A stretch of DNA of 64,000 nucleotides from Candidatus Nanoarchaeia archaeon (GCA_035290865.1 DATDTM010000012.1:11134-75133); one strand, 5' to 3'; shown: positions 30,901 to 39,985, counted from the stretch's first letter. Made by a program: numbers and translations. Notes: generated by a model not told the origin, from the sequence alone.

Positions 30901-31368
30901 ATGAGCAGCAGCAAAATCTTTGCCATCAGGACTTCAGCCAATCGGGAAGACCAAGTAGTAGACTTTTTTACCTCTAAATTACAGAAAGAGACCCAGCATG
31001 AAGTCTACTCCATTATCCGACCACATGGCATGAGAGGGTACATTTTCGTAGAGACCGCCTCTAAAGAGGCAGCTGATGCTGCTTTACAGAACGTGCCTTA
31101 CGCTCGAGGCATCTTACCTAAAGAAATTCCCTATCTAGAGATCGAACATATGCTCGAACAGGTTAAAGTCGAGGTAAATATTCTTAAAAACGATATTGTC
31201 GAAATTATTTCCGGTCCGTTCAAGAGAGAGAATGCCAAAGTCATCCGGATCAATAAGCAGAAAGAGGAAATTGTAGTAGAATTATTAGAATCGGCTGTGC
31301 CCATTCCCATCACCGTAAAGATAGACGCAGTAAAGGTTATCCGCAGGGAAAACTCAGAAGAAGCGTAA
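30901..31368 (+). CDS. spt5: transcription elongation factor Spt5 (NusG)
   Basis: NGN domain (IFAIRTSANRE) followed by KOW (GPFKRENAKVIRI). Confidence 0.8.
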   Translation: MSSSKIFAIRTSANREDQVVDFFTSKLQKETQHEVYSIIRPHGMRGYIFVETASKEAADAALQNVPYARGILPKEIPYLEIEHMLEQVKVEVNILKNDIVEIISGPFKRENAKVIRINKQKEEIVVELLESAVPIPITVKIDAVKVIRRENSEEA

Positions 31369-31370
31369 AC

Positions 31371-31685
31371 ATGGTTAAAACAGTTCTTTCGCTAGAGGAT
31401 ATTGATTTTTCTGGTTTTGAGTTGCCTCAGCCAGATTGCGCTTTATTTCCTATAGAAGCTGCTTTTCTGGAAGAAATATCCTGGAATTGCCTCTTGATTA
31501 GTTTAAAAAAAGCACCTGCTCTTACCGTCTTCAAGCATACTAATGGTTATTGTCCTTTAGGTAATTATGCCCTCGCTTATGCTTATGCAGCTCACGGAAG
31601 AAAAACAATTCCGGCAGAAGTGCTTCACCCGAATCATTTAGATATTCCTACTTACCTTAGAATGGGCTTAGAATTATTAGATTAG
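31371..31685 (+). CDS. hypothetical protein
   Basis: 104-aa ORF with no recognisable motif. Confidence 0.4.
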   Translation: MVKTVLSLEDIDFSGFELPQPDCALFPIEAAFLEEISWNCLLISLKKAPALTVFKHTNGYCPLGNYALAYAYAAHGRKTIPAEVLHPNHLDIPTYLRMGLELLD

Positions 31686-31699
31686 AAAAGGTTAAGAAA

Positions 31700-31948
31700 A
31701 TGTTACAGCTAAATTTAGAATTAGAAAAATTATTTTCTGTTTTAGAAAAGAATAAAGCCCAGAAAGTTTTAATCCAGCTTCCGGATGGATTAAAACCAAA
31801 AGCAAAAGATATCCAGGAAAAGATCAAAAAGAAATTTCCCAAAATTAGGTTAACTTTCTGGGCTGGCTCTTGTTATGGTGCTTGTGATGTTCCTAATGTT
31901 TCTGGCTACGATCTATTGGTCCAGTTTGGACATTCAGAGTGGAGATAA
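31700..31948 (+). pseudogene. dph2: diphthamide synthase Dph2, N-terminal fragment only (~80 of ~340 aa)
   Basis: KVLIQLPDGLKP...AGSCYGACDV...LLVQFGHSEW matches the Dph2 N-terminus. A stop follows and no continuation exists in any frame. Confidence 0.6.
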
Positions 31949-31979
31949 GACTTAGACCAATAACCAATTGTATCCCTGC

Positions 31980-32252
31980 CTAAAATCTCTCTCTCCCTCT
32001 TCTATCTTTAATTAAAACTTCTGGTAAAGAGGTATATTGAAAATTGTCCGTTAATGCTGCTTCGTAACTTTTTTGGGAAACTGGATAGACATAAATGACT
32101 GATTTTCCCGGAGCTTGACGAACTAAATGGCTTTTTATAGCCTTCTCTAGATTACCTAGAGCATCTTCCATACTTCCTCCTGTTCTTACCCCAAAAGTAT
32201 CCTCTAGCTGCAAATCTGGTGCTTTCTTTAACGGAACAACGCGATAGGTCAT
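31980..32252 (-). CDS. small protein, possible HicB-like (UPF0150) fold
   Basis: YRVV..FGVRTGGSMEDALGNLEKAIKSHL loosely matches HicB N-domain; no HicA partner found. Confidence 0.3.
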   Translation of the reverse strand: MTYRVVPLKKAPDLQLEDTFGVRTGGSMEDALGNLEKAIKSHLVRQAPGKSVIYVYPVSQKSYEAALTDNFQYTSLPEVLIKDRRGRERF

Positions 32253-32357
32253 TTTTCTCTGGAGAAACCAATTAGTTAATAAAGATTATTGTGATGGTGA
32301 AATGACCAATAGGATAGAGATAATTATTTAAATAAAAGATCAGTTTATTCTTTTCAT

Positions 32358-32473
32358 ACGGCTGTGGTCTAACGGCATGATCCGAGCTTCCCAAGCTTGT
32401 GGCCCGGGTTCAATCATACTCGCTAGCGTTAATAGCTTTCCACGCTAGAGCATTGAAAGTCCCGGCAGCCGTA
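32358..32473 (+). tRNA. tRNA-Gly(CCC) with 45-nt intron in the T-arm (after position 60)
   Basis: Acceptor ACGGCTG/CAGCCGT pairs perfectly. D-loop AACGGCA. Anticodon arm CGAGC-TTCCCAA-GCTTG. T-stem CCGGG/CCCGG, interrupted at 32416-32460 by an insert carrying its own stem. Confidence 0.7.
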
Positions 32474-32500
32474 ATTCAATATTATAAATTAAGAGAAAAA

Positions 32501-33073
32501 ATGAAAATCAAAGAGATCGAAGTAGAAATCAGAGGCAGACTGGATTCTAAAAGCTACGCTGAACTAAAACTGTTTTTAGAAAAAAATGGTACTCACCACG
32601 CCAGCCAAGAACGGGAAATGTATTTATTACAGGATTATCCAGGTTATACCCCGGATTTTGTCGACCGTCCGATGGACATTAGGTTGCGCAATACCAACGG
32701 CCAGTGTGAAATTATGATGAAATGCGCTGTCCAAGGCGCACGCGAAGAAGTATCTCTAGAACTGAAAGATTCAAATTTGGAAAAAGCTAAGAAAGTTCTG
32801 AAAGGTTTAGGCTGCGCCAAGGCCATTTGGATGCACCGCCTAAAAGTGATTTATAAATACAAAGATATAGAATGGTCACTGGTGATTGCGCCCAACGATA
32901 TCCGCTATTACGAGGCAGAGTTGGTCGTGGCTAATGATCAGGAAGTAGCTCAAGCAAACCAAAGATTGGTCCAAGTGGCAACTGAACTCAAACTAGAAGT
33001 GTTAGACGATACCGGCACAAGAGCTTTAATTGAGAAACTGGATAAAGAAGCTAATAAACCGGTCCAACTTTAA
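32501..33073 (+). CDS. CYTH-domain (triphosphate tunnel) protein
   Basis: EIEVEIRGRL N-terminal beta-strand motif. Start trimmed from 32399 because the upstream part overlaps the tRNA. Confidence 0.65.
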   Translation: MKIKEIEVEIRGRLDSKSYAELKLFLEKNGTHHASQEREMYLLQDYPGYTPDFVDRPMDIRLRNTNGQCEIMMKCAVQGAREEVSLELKDSNLEKAKKVLKGLGCAKAIWMHRLKVIYKYKDIEWSLVIAPNDIRYYEAELVVANDQEVAQANQRLVQVATELKLEVLDDTGTRALIEKLDKEANKPVQL

Positions 33074-33075
33074 AT

Positions 33076-33229
33076 GTCAAAATGCTCGCGACCACCACCG
33101 GTCAGAGACCGGTGGCATGCTCGCCCTTCGGGCTCGGGTCGCTCACATCATAAGAGCTGAGCATTTTGACTTAGGAATGTAACTAGTGTTTAAACCACTG
33201 GTGAAAACACCAGTGGAATGACTTTATTC
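33076..33229. repeat. MITE-like element (family 2; TIR GTCAAAATGCTC) plus CCACTGGTG hairpin module
   Basis: 12-bp perfect terminal inverted repeats at 33076/33170. Core CACCACCGGTC-AGA-GACCGGTGG is shared with the 40191 and 63120 copies. Confidence 0.7.
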
Positions 33230-33291
33230 AAAACCAACAGCTTTTTAAACTATCCGAATATTCTTAATCTAATAAAAAGAGGTGATTAAAA

Positions 33292-33498
33292 ATGTGCATT
33301 TATGGATGGAAAGGATTAGTATTTTGTCTGTTATTGCTGCTAAACGTTTTTGTCTGGCCTTTATGGCAAGGCGTAGATGGGTGGATTGCATACTTAGCAG
33401 TATTAGGAGTGCTCTGGTGCCTATTAACTTTGATTTGGCCAAAATGGTTCAATGATAATGGTTATAGTGTAAAAGCCCCAGCTAAAAAGAAGAAATAA
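33292..33498 (+). CDS. small membrane protein (hypothetical)
   Basis: 68 aa, two TM helices; AGAGGTGA Shine-Dalgarno upstream. Confidence 0.35.
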   Translation: MCIYGWKGLVFCLLLLLNVFVWPLWQGVDGWIAYLAVLGVLWCLLTLIWPKWFNDNGYSVKAPAKKKK

Positions 33499-33554
33499 AT
33501 CTTTCTTTTTTTTCTCTTTTTCTAGATTATTTTTATAAAGAAGTAACCATTTCC

Positions 33555-33755
33555 CTTTCTAAGCCTCATGTTGTTTGCCAGCGGGGCATACTCAGAAACA
33601 AGTTTCTGGTCGCCGCGCTGTCTCGTGCTGCTCGCCAGCGTGGCACAATCCGGTACTGCGGCGGATAGAATCAAGCCGAATCTCGAATCCGGATGGAAAA
33701 CCGCTCCCGCAAGGGACTCTCGGTTCAAATGAGAGATAAGAAAAACTTATTTTTC
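33555..33755 (+). ncRNA. candidate structured ncRNA, identity unknown
   Basis: ~55% GC island in a 33% GC genome. TTTTTATAAA TATA-like box ~25 bp upstream; oligo-T (TTATTTTT) at the 3' end. Several hairpins (CAGAAAC/GTTTCTG, CTCTCGGTTCAAATGAGAG). Confidence 0.35.
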
Positions 33756-33777
33756 GGAAGGTCCGAGCGCTGGCGTT

Positions 33778-34140
33778 TTATTTTCTTCTTTTAGTCACTC
33801 TACCCTTAACCTGCTCTTTAATCTTCAAAGCTTTCTCATGAGTCTTTTCTCTTAAAGCTTTAGTCGCATCATAGATCTTATGCGAACCTCGCTTGAGATG
33901 CTCATGATAATAATGATAATGAAAATATCTCCGCAAGCTGTCCGCATATTCTTTCCCTACCCACCACACTCCTAAGATCAATAAAGGCCAAGAAAAAATA
34001 TAAATCACCGCTGAAAGCATCTGAAGATAAGAATCATAAAAATAAAAGATAAAGGTTATTTTACTCACCAAACCCAGAATTAAACTTAACAAGATCAGAA
34101 TAATACCCCAATAAAACTTTAATGAATATTTTAGCTCCAT
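33778..34140 (-). CDS. hypothetical membrane protein
   Basis: 120 aa with two TM helices and a basic His-rich tail. Confidence 0.45.
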   Translation of the reverse strand: MELKYSLKFYWGIILILLSLILGLVSKITFIFYFYDSYLQMLSAVIYIFSWPLLILGVWWVGKEYADSLRRYFHYHYYHEHLKRGSHKIYDATKALREKTHEKALKIKEQVKGRVTKRRK

Positions 34141-34178
34141 TTTAAGTAAGATGGTTTAAGTCTAATTAAACTTTTCCC

Positions 34179-35450
34179 CTAACCAAACTTAATTTCTTTA
34201 ACCGCTTTAATTTTCTCTTTGAAATATTCTTCTTTCAGACAGTTCTTCACCTGATTCTCCAAGCTAGGAAATTCTACTTTTATTTTAGCCATTATCTTTC
34301 CATCACTTTCAAAAGTATTCTTATTCTTCTTCTTGAAATCTTTGACAAACTCTTTTAATTTCAAGGGCGGACCAGGCCGAATTTCTTCCTCAGGCAAGAG
34401 CTTTTTAGCTAAAAAGAAATAAAACACTGCTTTTTTATCCCAATCCCAGCCGGATTGCTTTATCTCAAATTTGCTTAATTCTGTCTTCAGAAACTCAAAA
34501 GCTTTGACTAATTTAGCCCCCACTACATCTTCTTTCCCTGCCAAAGGCCCTATAGTAAGATAAACTAAATTATACTTATTTTCTTTCTCTCGCAATCTTT
34601 TAAAGCTGATTTCTTCCCGCTCAAAGTATTTCTGGTCTGGATGCTCCAGATATTCTCTGGCCACTTTCTTTAAAGAAATAAACTTTTCCAGAGATAAAGC
34701 CGCAGCTGCATTCCGGTCTTTATCTACCGGATCAATCACTACAATAGGAGATTGCAGCTTAGACTTATTGATCTGAAAAAAAACATCTTTCCCTTTATAA
34801 TATTCTTTAATATCAATCACTTCATTGATACCCATGGAGATAGCTGCTTTCAAGAAACCCTCAAAAGAACCGTATTTAGTGATTAAGATTTCTAGCACAT
34901 AGCCGCTGAAGCCAGAGATATAAGATTCAGCCCCGTATAATTGGTTGGCTTTACAGAACTGTTTAGCTAAACGAATTTCATCTTTCAATTTTTTAGCCTG
35001 GTGATTGACCCAGATTGCATGTAAAAGAGAAATATCTGTGATATTCAAAGCTTCCTCAACTTTTTTGATCTTTATAATCGGAACAAGCTCAAAATTGTAT
35101 TTTTGATAGACCAATTGGAAATAATCCCTGCTTCCATGTAATCTATTTAGTTTAACTTTAGGAAAAGCTCTTTTCAAAGCAGCATAAAGAAGTTCAGATA
35201 ATTCCGCTGATTTATCTTTATATTGCTGGTAATCGTATTGCACAAAAATATCAATATCATGGATACCAGAAAGCCAGGTATCTTTTTCCCCACTTCCTCC
35301 TAAGATGGCCTTAGCTCCGCTTAAGTTTGAATTTAATTTCTTCAAGAAAGAGTTCACCGCTGCTTTAACTTTCTGCGATTCAGTCTTATTTGGCTTGATT
35401 TTCTCTAAGACTTTCTTCTCTACTGCTTTTCTGAGGATTAAGTTAGCCAT
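34179..35450 (-). CDS. cca: archaeal CCA-adding enzyme (class I tRNA nucleotidyltransferase)
   Basis: ILGGSGEKDTWLSGIHDIDIFV matches archaeal Cca GSxARGTxL..SDIDIFV; length 423 aa. Confidence 0.8.
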   Translation of the reverse strand: MANLILRKAVEKKVLEKIKPNKTESQKVKAAVNSFLKKLNSNLSGAKAILGGSGEKDTWLSGIHDIDIFVQYDYQQYKDKSAELSELLYAALKRAFPKVKLNRLHGSRDYFQLVYQKYNFELVPIIKIKKVEEALNITDISLLHAIWVNHQAKKLKDEIRLAKQFCKANQLYGAESYISGFSGYVLEILITKYGSFEGFLKAAISMGINEVIDIKEYYKGKDVFFQINKSKLQSPIVVIDPVDKDRNAAAALSLEKFISLKKVAREYLEHPDQKYFEREEISFKRLREKENKYNLVYLTIGPLAGKEDVVGAKLVKAFEFLKTELSKFEIKQSGWDWDKKAVFYFFLAKKLLPEEEIRPGPPLKLKEFVKDFKKKNKNTFESDGKIMAKIKVEFPSLENQVKNCLKEEYFKEKIKAVKEIKFG

Positions 35451-35712
35451 ATCGGTAAAGAAAAGGTGGTTAGTTATATTAAACTTTGCGATGAGGGATA
35501 TATAGATAATTGCGTTGATTATGTTATTCGTTTTGGCAATTATCTATATTAGAAATGCGTTTATTGTGTCACAAAATCAACGCATTTCTCTATATTTAAT
35601 CCAGATTCTGTTCATCCCCTCGCGGGGGGTTGGTGGGTGGTTACTTACTTAACAGTGATGACTAAGCCAAAAACTTTATAAACAGAACCTCTTTCTAGCC
35701 TAAAATATAGCT

Positions 35713-37263
35713 ATGGCAACGAAAAAAGAAGAAGGTGCTCCTCAAGCAGAGCCTCAAACTGAACCTACTTTTCTGAAAGGCGTAGCAACGATGGCTACTC
35801 TGGCAGAAGAAGCGAGCCGCAAGTTAAGGACGGAAGTTCATGGGGACAGCTTTAGATTCAAAGATTTAGATTTATCTTACTTATTTCCTCAAGCCGTTGG
35901 TTCTGTGGAATATTTGGAGAGATTAGAGCCGGTAGTCAGCGAGTATTTAGCTCAAACAGCACGATTCGGGTTAGAGCAGGGCGACCATCGCGCCGGCACT
36001 CCTATTGAAGAGAATACTGCACACTATGAATCTACAGTTACAGAATGGATGGCAAAAGTTTACACCCCCAGAAAAGAAGAGATTGATAAAAAAGTGGATG
36101 ATGCTTTTCTTAGAATTACTAACCATGCTACTCAAGAATTAAGAGATCTTGCTTTTGCTCTTTGCTCTGGCTCTGCGGAGATAGATAGAGCTTTAGCAGT
36201 GGTGGGAAGGCCAGAATTAAGTTTAGAAGAGCTAGCCGGAAAAAAATCTGAACTTAAAACCAGATTCTATGAGGCGGAACTTCCCCATCCTGAAGATTTA
36301 ATCAAATTGTACGAATTATGTTTCAATGCCGAAGTCAAACAGCGAGGCTGGATGGAGTTAAAGGATGAGAAATTAGCTGAAGCTTTGGAAATGGAAAACG
36401 TTCCCTTAGAAATGTTTGCGAAATATACTGGAAGGGAAGTAAAACTGCCGGAAAAGCAGCCGAATGAAGAATTAAAGCCCAAAAAGAAAAGGAAACGTAG
36501 GCAGATACTGGATATCTTGAGCGGTTCAACGCCGTCAGCTAGTACGGGAATAAGAATTAGCTTAACCGGACAGAATTCAGAATTTACTGCCCGCGACCAT
36601 GTGGAAGGCTCAAATTATGTTAAAGCGTTACGAGCTCTGCGTACTTCTTACGCTAAGAAAAAATGTCCCGCTCAACCAACTATCACCATTAACGGAAAAA
36701 TTTATGTTCGACCGCCGACATTGTATGAAGTTCTAACTGCAAGAGTGAATGATTTCAATAGCAAGACGAATCCAGACGGAACTCCTCGTGAGAGTGAAGA
36801 TCTTCTGCGTTTCTTTAATGTAGCTTTAGATTCCTGTACCGGTAGGCAGTATCGTGGTGGAACCAGCAAATTCAAATTAATTCCCATCTGCCCACAATTA
36901 GTCGCTTTATCTGCTTTGCCTCGAGAGAATTATTTGGAATTACCTTACGCTGATTCTGTAGGTGAAGAAAGAGATAGCAATAATGGGAAGTATAATGTTA
37001 ATTTAAGCAAGAGTGAAGTGCTGAAGCATCCGGACTGGATTTTTTTAGCTAACGGAGACCGCTCTTTGCTTGGCGCTACTTTTGATATTTTTACACAGGT
37101 TTGCGGAGGCGATAAGGATTGGAGGGGAATGGCTGTTTACATCAATCCTTTGCCGCAAAAAGATGCATTGAGGTCGCTGTGCGTCAACAGCCACAGCTAT
37201 CAAAGTGATGCTGACGGCGGGGACTTGCACTACTGCAGCCGCTTCCTGTACGGGTATAGTTAA
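35713..37263 (+). CDS. hypothetical protein, compositionally foreign (GC-rich codons)
   Basis: 516-aa ORF with much higher GC and GC-ending codons than its neighbours. KKKRKRRQ basic patch; no recognisable domain. Confidence 0.55.
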   Translation: MATKKEEGAPQAEPQTEPTFLKGVATMATLAEEASRKLRTEVHGDSFRFKDLDLSYLFPQAVGSVEYLERLEPVVSEYLAQTARFGLEQGDHRAGTPIEENTAHYESTVTEWMAKVYTPRKEEIDKKVDDAFLRITNHATQELRDLAFALCSGSAEIDRALAVVGRPELSLEELAGKKSELKTRFYEAELPHPEDLIKLYELCFNAEVKQRGWMELKDEKLAEALEMENVPLEMFAKYTGREVKLPEKQPNEELKPKKKRKRRQILDILSGSTPSASTGIRISLTGQNSEFTARDHVEGSNYVKALRALRTSYAKKKCPAQPTITINGKIYVRPPTLYEVLTARVNDFNSKTNPDGTPRESEDLLRFFNVALDSCTGRQYRGGTSKFKLIPICPQLVALSALPRENYLELPYADSVGEERDSNNGKYNVNLSKSEVLKHPDWIFLANGDRSLLGATFDIFTQVCGGDKDWRGMAVYINPLPQKDALRSLCVNSHSYQSDADGGDLHYCSRFLYGYS

Positions 37264-37380
37264 CCAAGAAAGTTCTTTAGCAGAAAGAACGCCACTTGGT
37301 TTACTATAATGAGGTCGCAAGCCGAATGTAGCCCATCGTCGTCGCACAAAAATGTTTAGGTTTGCGAAAACTTTTTATTG

Positions 37381-38634
37381 CTAATCTAACCCATAGAAAC
37401 AAAACTTCCAGAGTGGCATCCAAAATATATTTCCTTTCTGCCCTTCCACATCTCTGGTAATCAAAAAAGCTTTTTTTATCTTTAAGCTTCCCCCATACTT
37501 TTCTAAGAAAAATTCCACCCAACGGAGATCATTTTTTCTAATCTCTGAAGAATATTTTACCTCAACCGGCAATGATTCTTTCAGGAAATCTATCTCTTTT
37601 TCTTTATCTCTCCAGTAATACTTTGCTTCCAGCTCAAATCCAACTAAACTCTCCGCATACTTGTCCTCTGAAACTTCGTAGGGGAGAGTAAGGCAAGGAT
37701 GGTAAGGATAAATTTTAGATAACTTGCGGGAAGCAGCCCGTAGTGAAGGGCGGAAATTTAATACCCTCTTTATCAGGAAAGAGAATTCTAAGTAAAATAA
37801 AGCTTTATATAATGTGGCTTTCGCTCTGCCCAACTCTTTAGCTAAATCATCTATGGAAATGATTTGACCGGGCTGGCCCAGAAATAAATTAACTAATTTT
37901 TCCAGCAATAAGATATCTACATCTTTGAATTCTTTGGGAATGTCTTTCAGGAGAATAGGCTCGATGACTGCTTCCCTTATGTAATTTTTAATAAACAAAA
38001 TGTCCGCTTCTTTTACTAAAGCAGGGAAAGGGCGGTAGAGGAAAGCACGAAATTCTTTTTTTAGCAATTCTTCATACAAAGCCGGCTTGTTTTCATCGAA
38101 TTTAGTTCCTTTTAGCTGTAGAAATTCTTTAAAATGAAGCGGCTTTAATTCGTAGTACATTGCTCTCCCAGCCAGGCTTTTCTTTGCCTCAGCAAGAATA
38201 GGCAGAGAAGCTGATCCCGAGACTACGATTTTAATATTATGATAATGGTCATAAAGTAATTTGGTGCTGGCTACCCACTCCTTCGCTTTTTGGATCTCGT
38301 CTAAGAATAAATACACTTTCTCTTTCCGGAAATCTATCCCTGTTAAAGATGAGTATTCCTCCAGAATTTCTTCTATTCTTCTGCTTTGAAAGTTGGGCTC
38401 ATCAAAGGTACAGTATAAGATTTGAAGCGGGGAAACATTACTTTTAATTAGATCTTCTATTAGCTGAAAGATTAGAGTAGACTTTCCCACTCGGCGCAAA
38501 CCAACAACTACCGTAATCATTCTGCGCGAGAGATCCTTTTGCAGGTTAAAGAACAGTTCCCGGCGTACTGCGGGAACCATTTCTGGCTTTACTTTACTTT
38601 CTGTCCACCAAGGGTTTAACTCATTTAGCTTCAT
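37381..38634 (-). CDS. archaeal ATPase (AAA_14 + DUF4143 family)
   Basis: NPWW N-terminus, Walker A GLRRVGKST, Walker B LFLDEIQ; C-terminal DUF4143-like region. Confidence 0.75.
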   Translation of the reverse strand: MKLNELNPWWTESKVKPEMVPAVRRELFFNLQKDLSRRMITVVVGLRRVGKSTLIFQLIEDLIKSNVSPLQILYCTFDEPNFQSRRIEEILEEYSSLTGIDFRKEKVYLFLDEIQKAKEWVASTKLLYDHYHNIKIVVSGSASLPILAEAKKSLAGRAMYYELKPLHFKEFLQLKGTKFDENKPALYEELLKKEFRAFLYRPFPALVKEADILFIKNYIREAVIEPILLKDIPKEFKDVDILLLEKLVNLFLGQPGQIISIDDLAKELGRAKATLYKALFYLEFSFLIKRVLNFRPSLRAASRKLSKIYPYHPCLTLPYEVSEDKYAESLVGFELEAKYYWRDKEKEIDFLKESLPVEVKYSSEIRKNDLRWVEFFLEKYGGSLKIKKAFLITRDVEGQKGNIFWMPLWKFCFYGLD

Positions 38635-38778
38635 TATTTGTTTTGTAACAGAACGAATATATAAGCTTTTCGTTCTTCAATAAAACAAATCTATGTGACA
38701 ATAGGGGACAGCAAGAAAACGCCAGCGGCATACAAAAAACAGAAAGTTTTAAATACTACAACTTTGTAGTATGGAGTA

Positions 38779-39930
38779 ATGGCTGAAGAATTACCTTACT
38801 TTGCTGGAAAAGAAATTCCCCCAAAATATTTAGGAGAATACTTTTTCAATCGCGGGAAAGAGCTAAAAGAATTAAAATGGAAATTAGAACGAGTTCCCCC
38901 GTTAAACTTTGCTCTGTACGGCCAAAGGCGGGTCGGAAAAACTTCTTTGATTGAAAAATTAAAACAAGAATTAGAAAAAAAGAATTTACCCATTTTCATT
39001 AAATGCGAGGAATTACTGCCTCTTGATGAACTTACTTTTTTAGAAAATCTCACTCTTAGGCTATTAGAGGAGTATAGCAAATTAAGCCCGCTTCTGGGAG
39101 TTAAAAAAACGATGCAGGACTTGGTAACTACCACCAAAATTGGATTAGAAATGGCTGACCTTACCTTTTGGCTGAGGTTTGGCGAAAAAAAAATAACTCT
39201 TAAAGAAGCTCTTGACAAAAGCTTTGATTTAATTAATAAAATAAGCTTGAAATCACAGAAAAAAGTAATTATCTTTCTCGATGAATTTCAAGAGCTGTTT
39301 GGGTTTGGAGATAAATTCTTATGGGCGTTGAGGGCAAAAATTGCCTCCAGCCAGGCTTCCTTTGTAGTCAGTTCTTCCTGGCATCGCTTTAAAGAGGAAT
39401 TAACCCATGAAAAAAGGCCTTTCTTTAATTTTTTTGAGACTTATGAGATAAAAGCCGTACCCAAAGAAGAGGCGCGGAGCTTTCTGCTCAAAAGGGCCCA
39501 GAAGTTCAACCTTTGTTTTGATGGAGCGGTTTTAGATAAAATTTTGGAAGTTTCTGAATGTAAGCCGTTCTATCTGCAGCTTTTAGCCTTAAAATGTTAT
39601 ATCTTAAGTTTGCCTAAGAAAAAGGTTACTTTAAGTGTTTTTGAAGCTGCTTTAAAAGAAACTATCACTTCCATTCCTGCCCATCTGATAACCGGTTTTG
39701 AGCGCCTGAGGGGAAGGAACAAAGAAGTCTTCCTGACTCTGTGCCTTTTTGACTTTAAAAAACCAGCTGAGATTGCATCAAAAATCGGTTTAGATGCAAA
39801 GAATGTTATCGTCATTCTGCATCGATTGATTAAAGAGCACGACTTAGTTAAAAAAGAAGAAAATAATTATTTTGTCGCAGATAAATTCCTTAAAGAATAT
39901 GTGAAGCTCCAGTATACTACATTATTGTAG
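38779..39930 (+). CDS. archaeal ATPase (Arch_ATPase/PF01637-like) with C-terminal wHTH
   Basis: Walker A GQRRVGKTS, Walker B IIFLDEFQ; transcribed divergently from 37381..38634. Confidence 0.7.
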   Translation: MAEELPYFAGKEIPPKYLGEYFFNRGKELKELKWKLERVPPLNFALYGQRRVGKTSLIEKLKQELEKKNLPIFIKCEELLPLDELTFLENLTLRLLEEYSKLSPLLGVKKTMQDLVTTTKIGLEMADLTFWLRFGEKKITLKEALDKSFDLINKISLKSQKKVIIFLDEFQELFGFGDKFLWALRAKIASSQASFVVSSSWHRFKEELTHEKRPFFNFFETYEIKAVPKEEARSFLLKRAQKFNLCFDGAVLDKILEVSECKPFYLQLLALKCYILSLPKKKVTLSVFEAALKETITSIPAHLITGFERLRGRNKEVFLTLCLFDFKKPAEIASKIGLDAKNVIVILHRLIKEHDLVKKEENNYFVADKFLKEYVKLQYTTLL

Positions 39931-39985
39931 TACTACAAGTTTGTAGTATATTAAAGATTTTTTTTCTCCAAACGTTAGAGTTATA

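Noticed and set aside
32399-32500. N-terminal 34 aa of ORF 32399..33073
   Set aside because: Overlaps the tRNA-Gly exon/intron. The CYTH domain begins at the Met at 32501.
33522-33728. 68-aa ORF on - strand
   Set aside because: Falls in the GC-rich candidate ncRNA island. Its composition is unlike the genome's coding regions.
33555-33755. Possible RNase P RNA or tRNA identity for the GC-rich island
   Set aside because: Could not place CR-I (GGAAAGUCCGG) or CR-IV (ACAGAAnCCGGCUUA) in the right order on either strand. No complete cloverleaf can be drawn. Left as unknown ncRNA.
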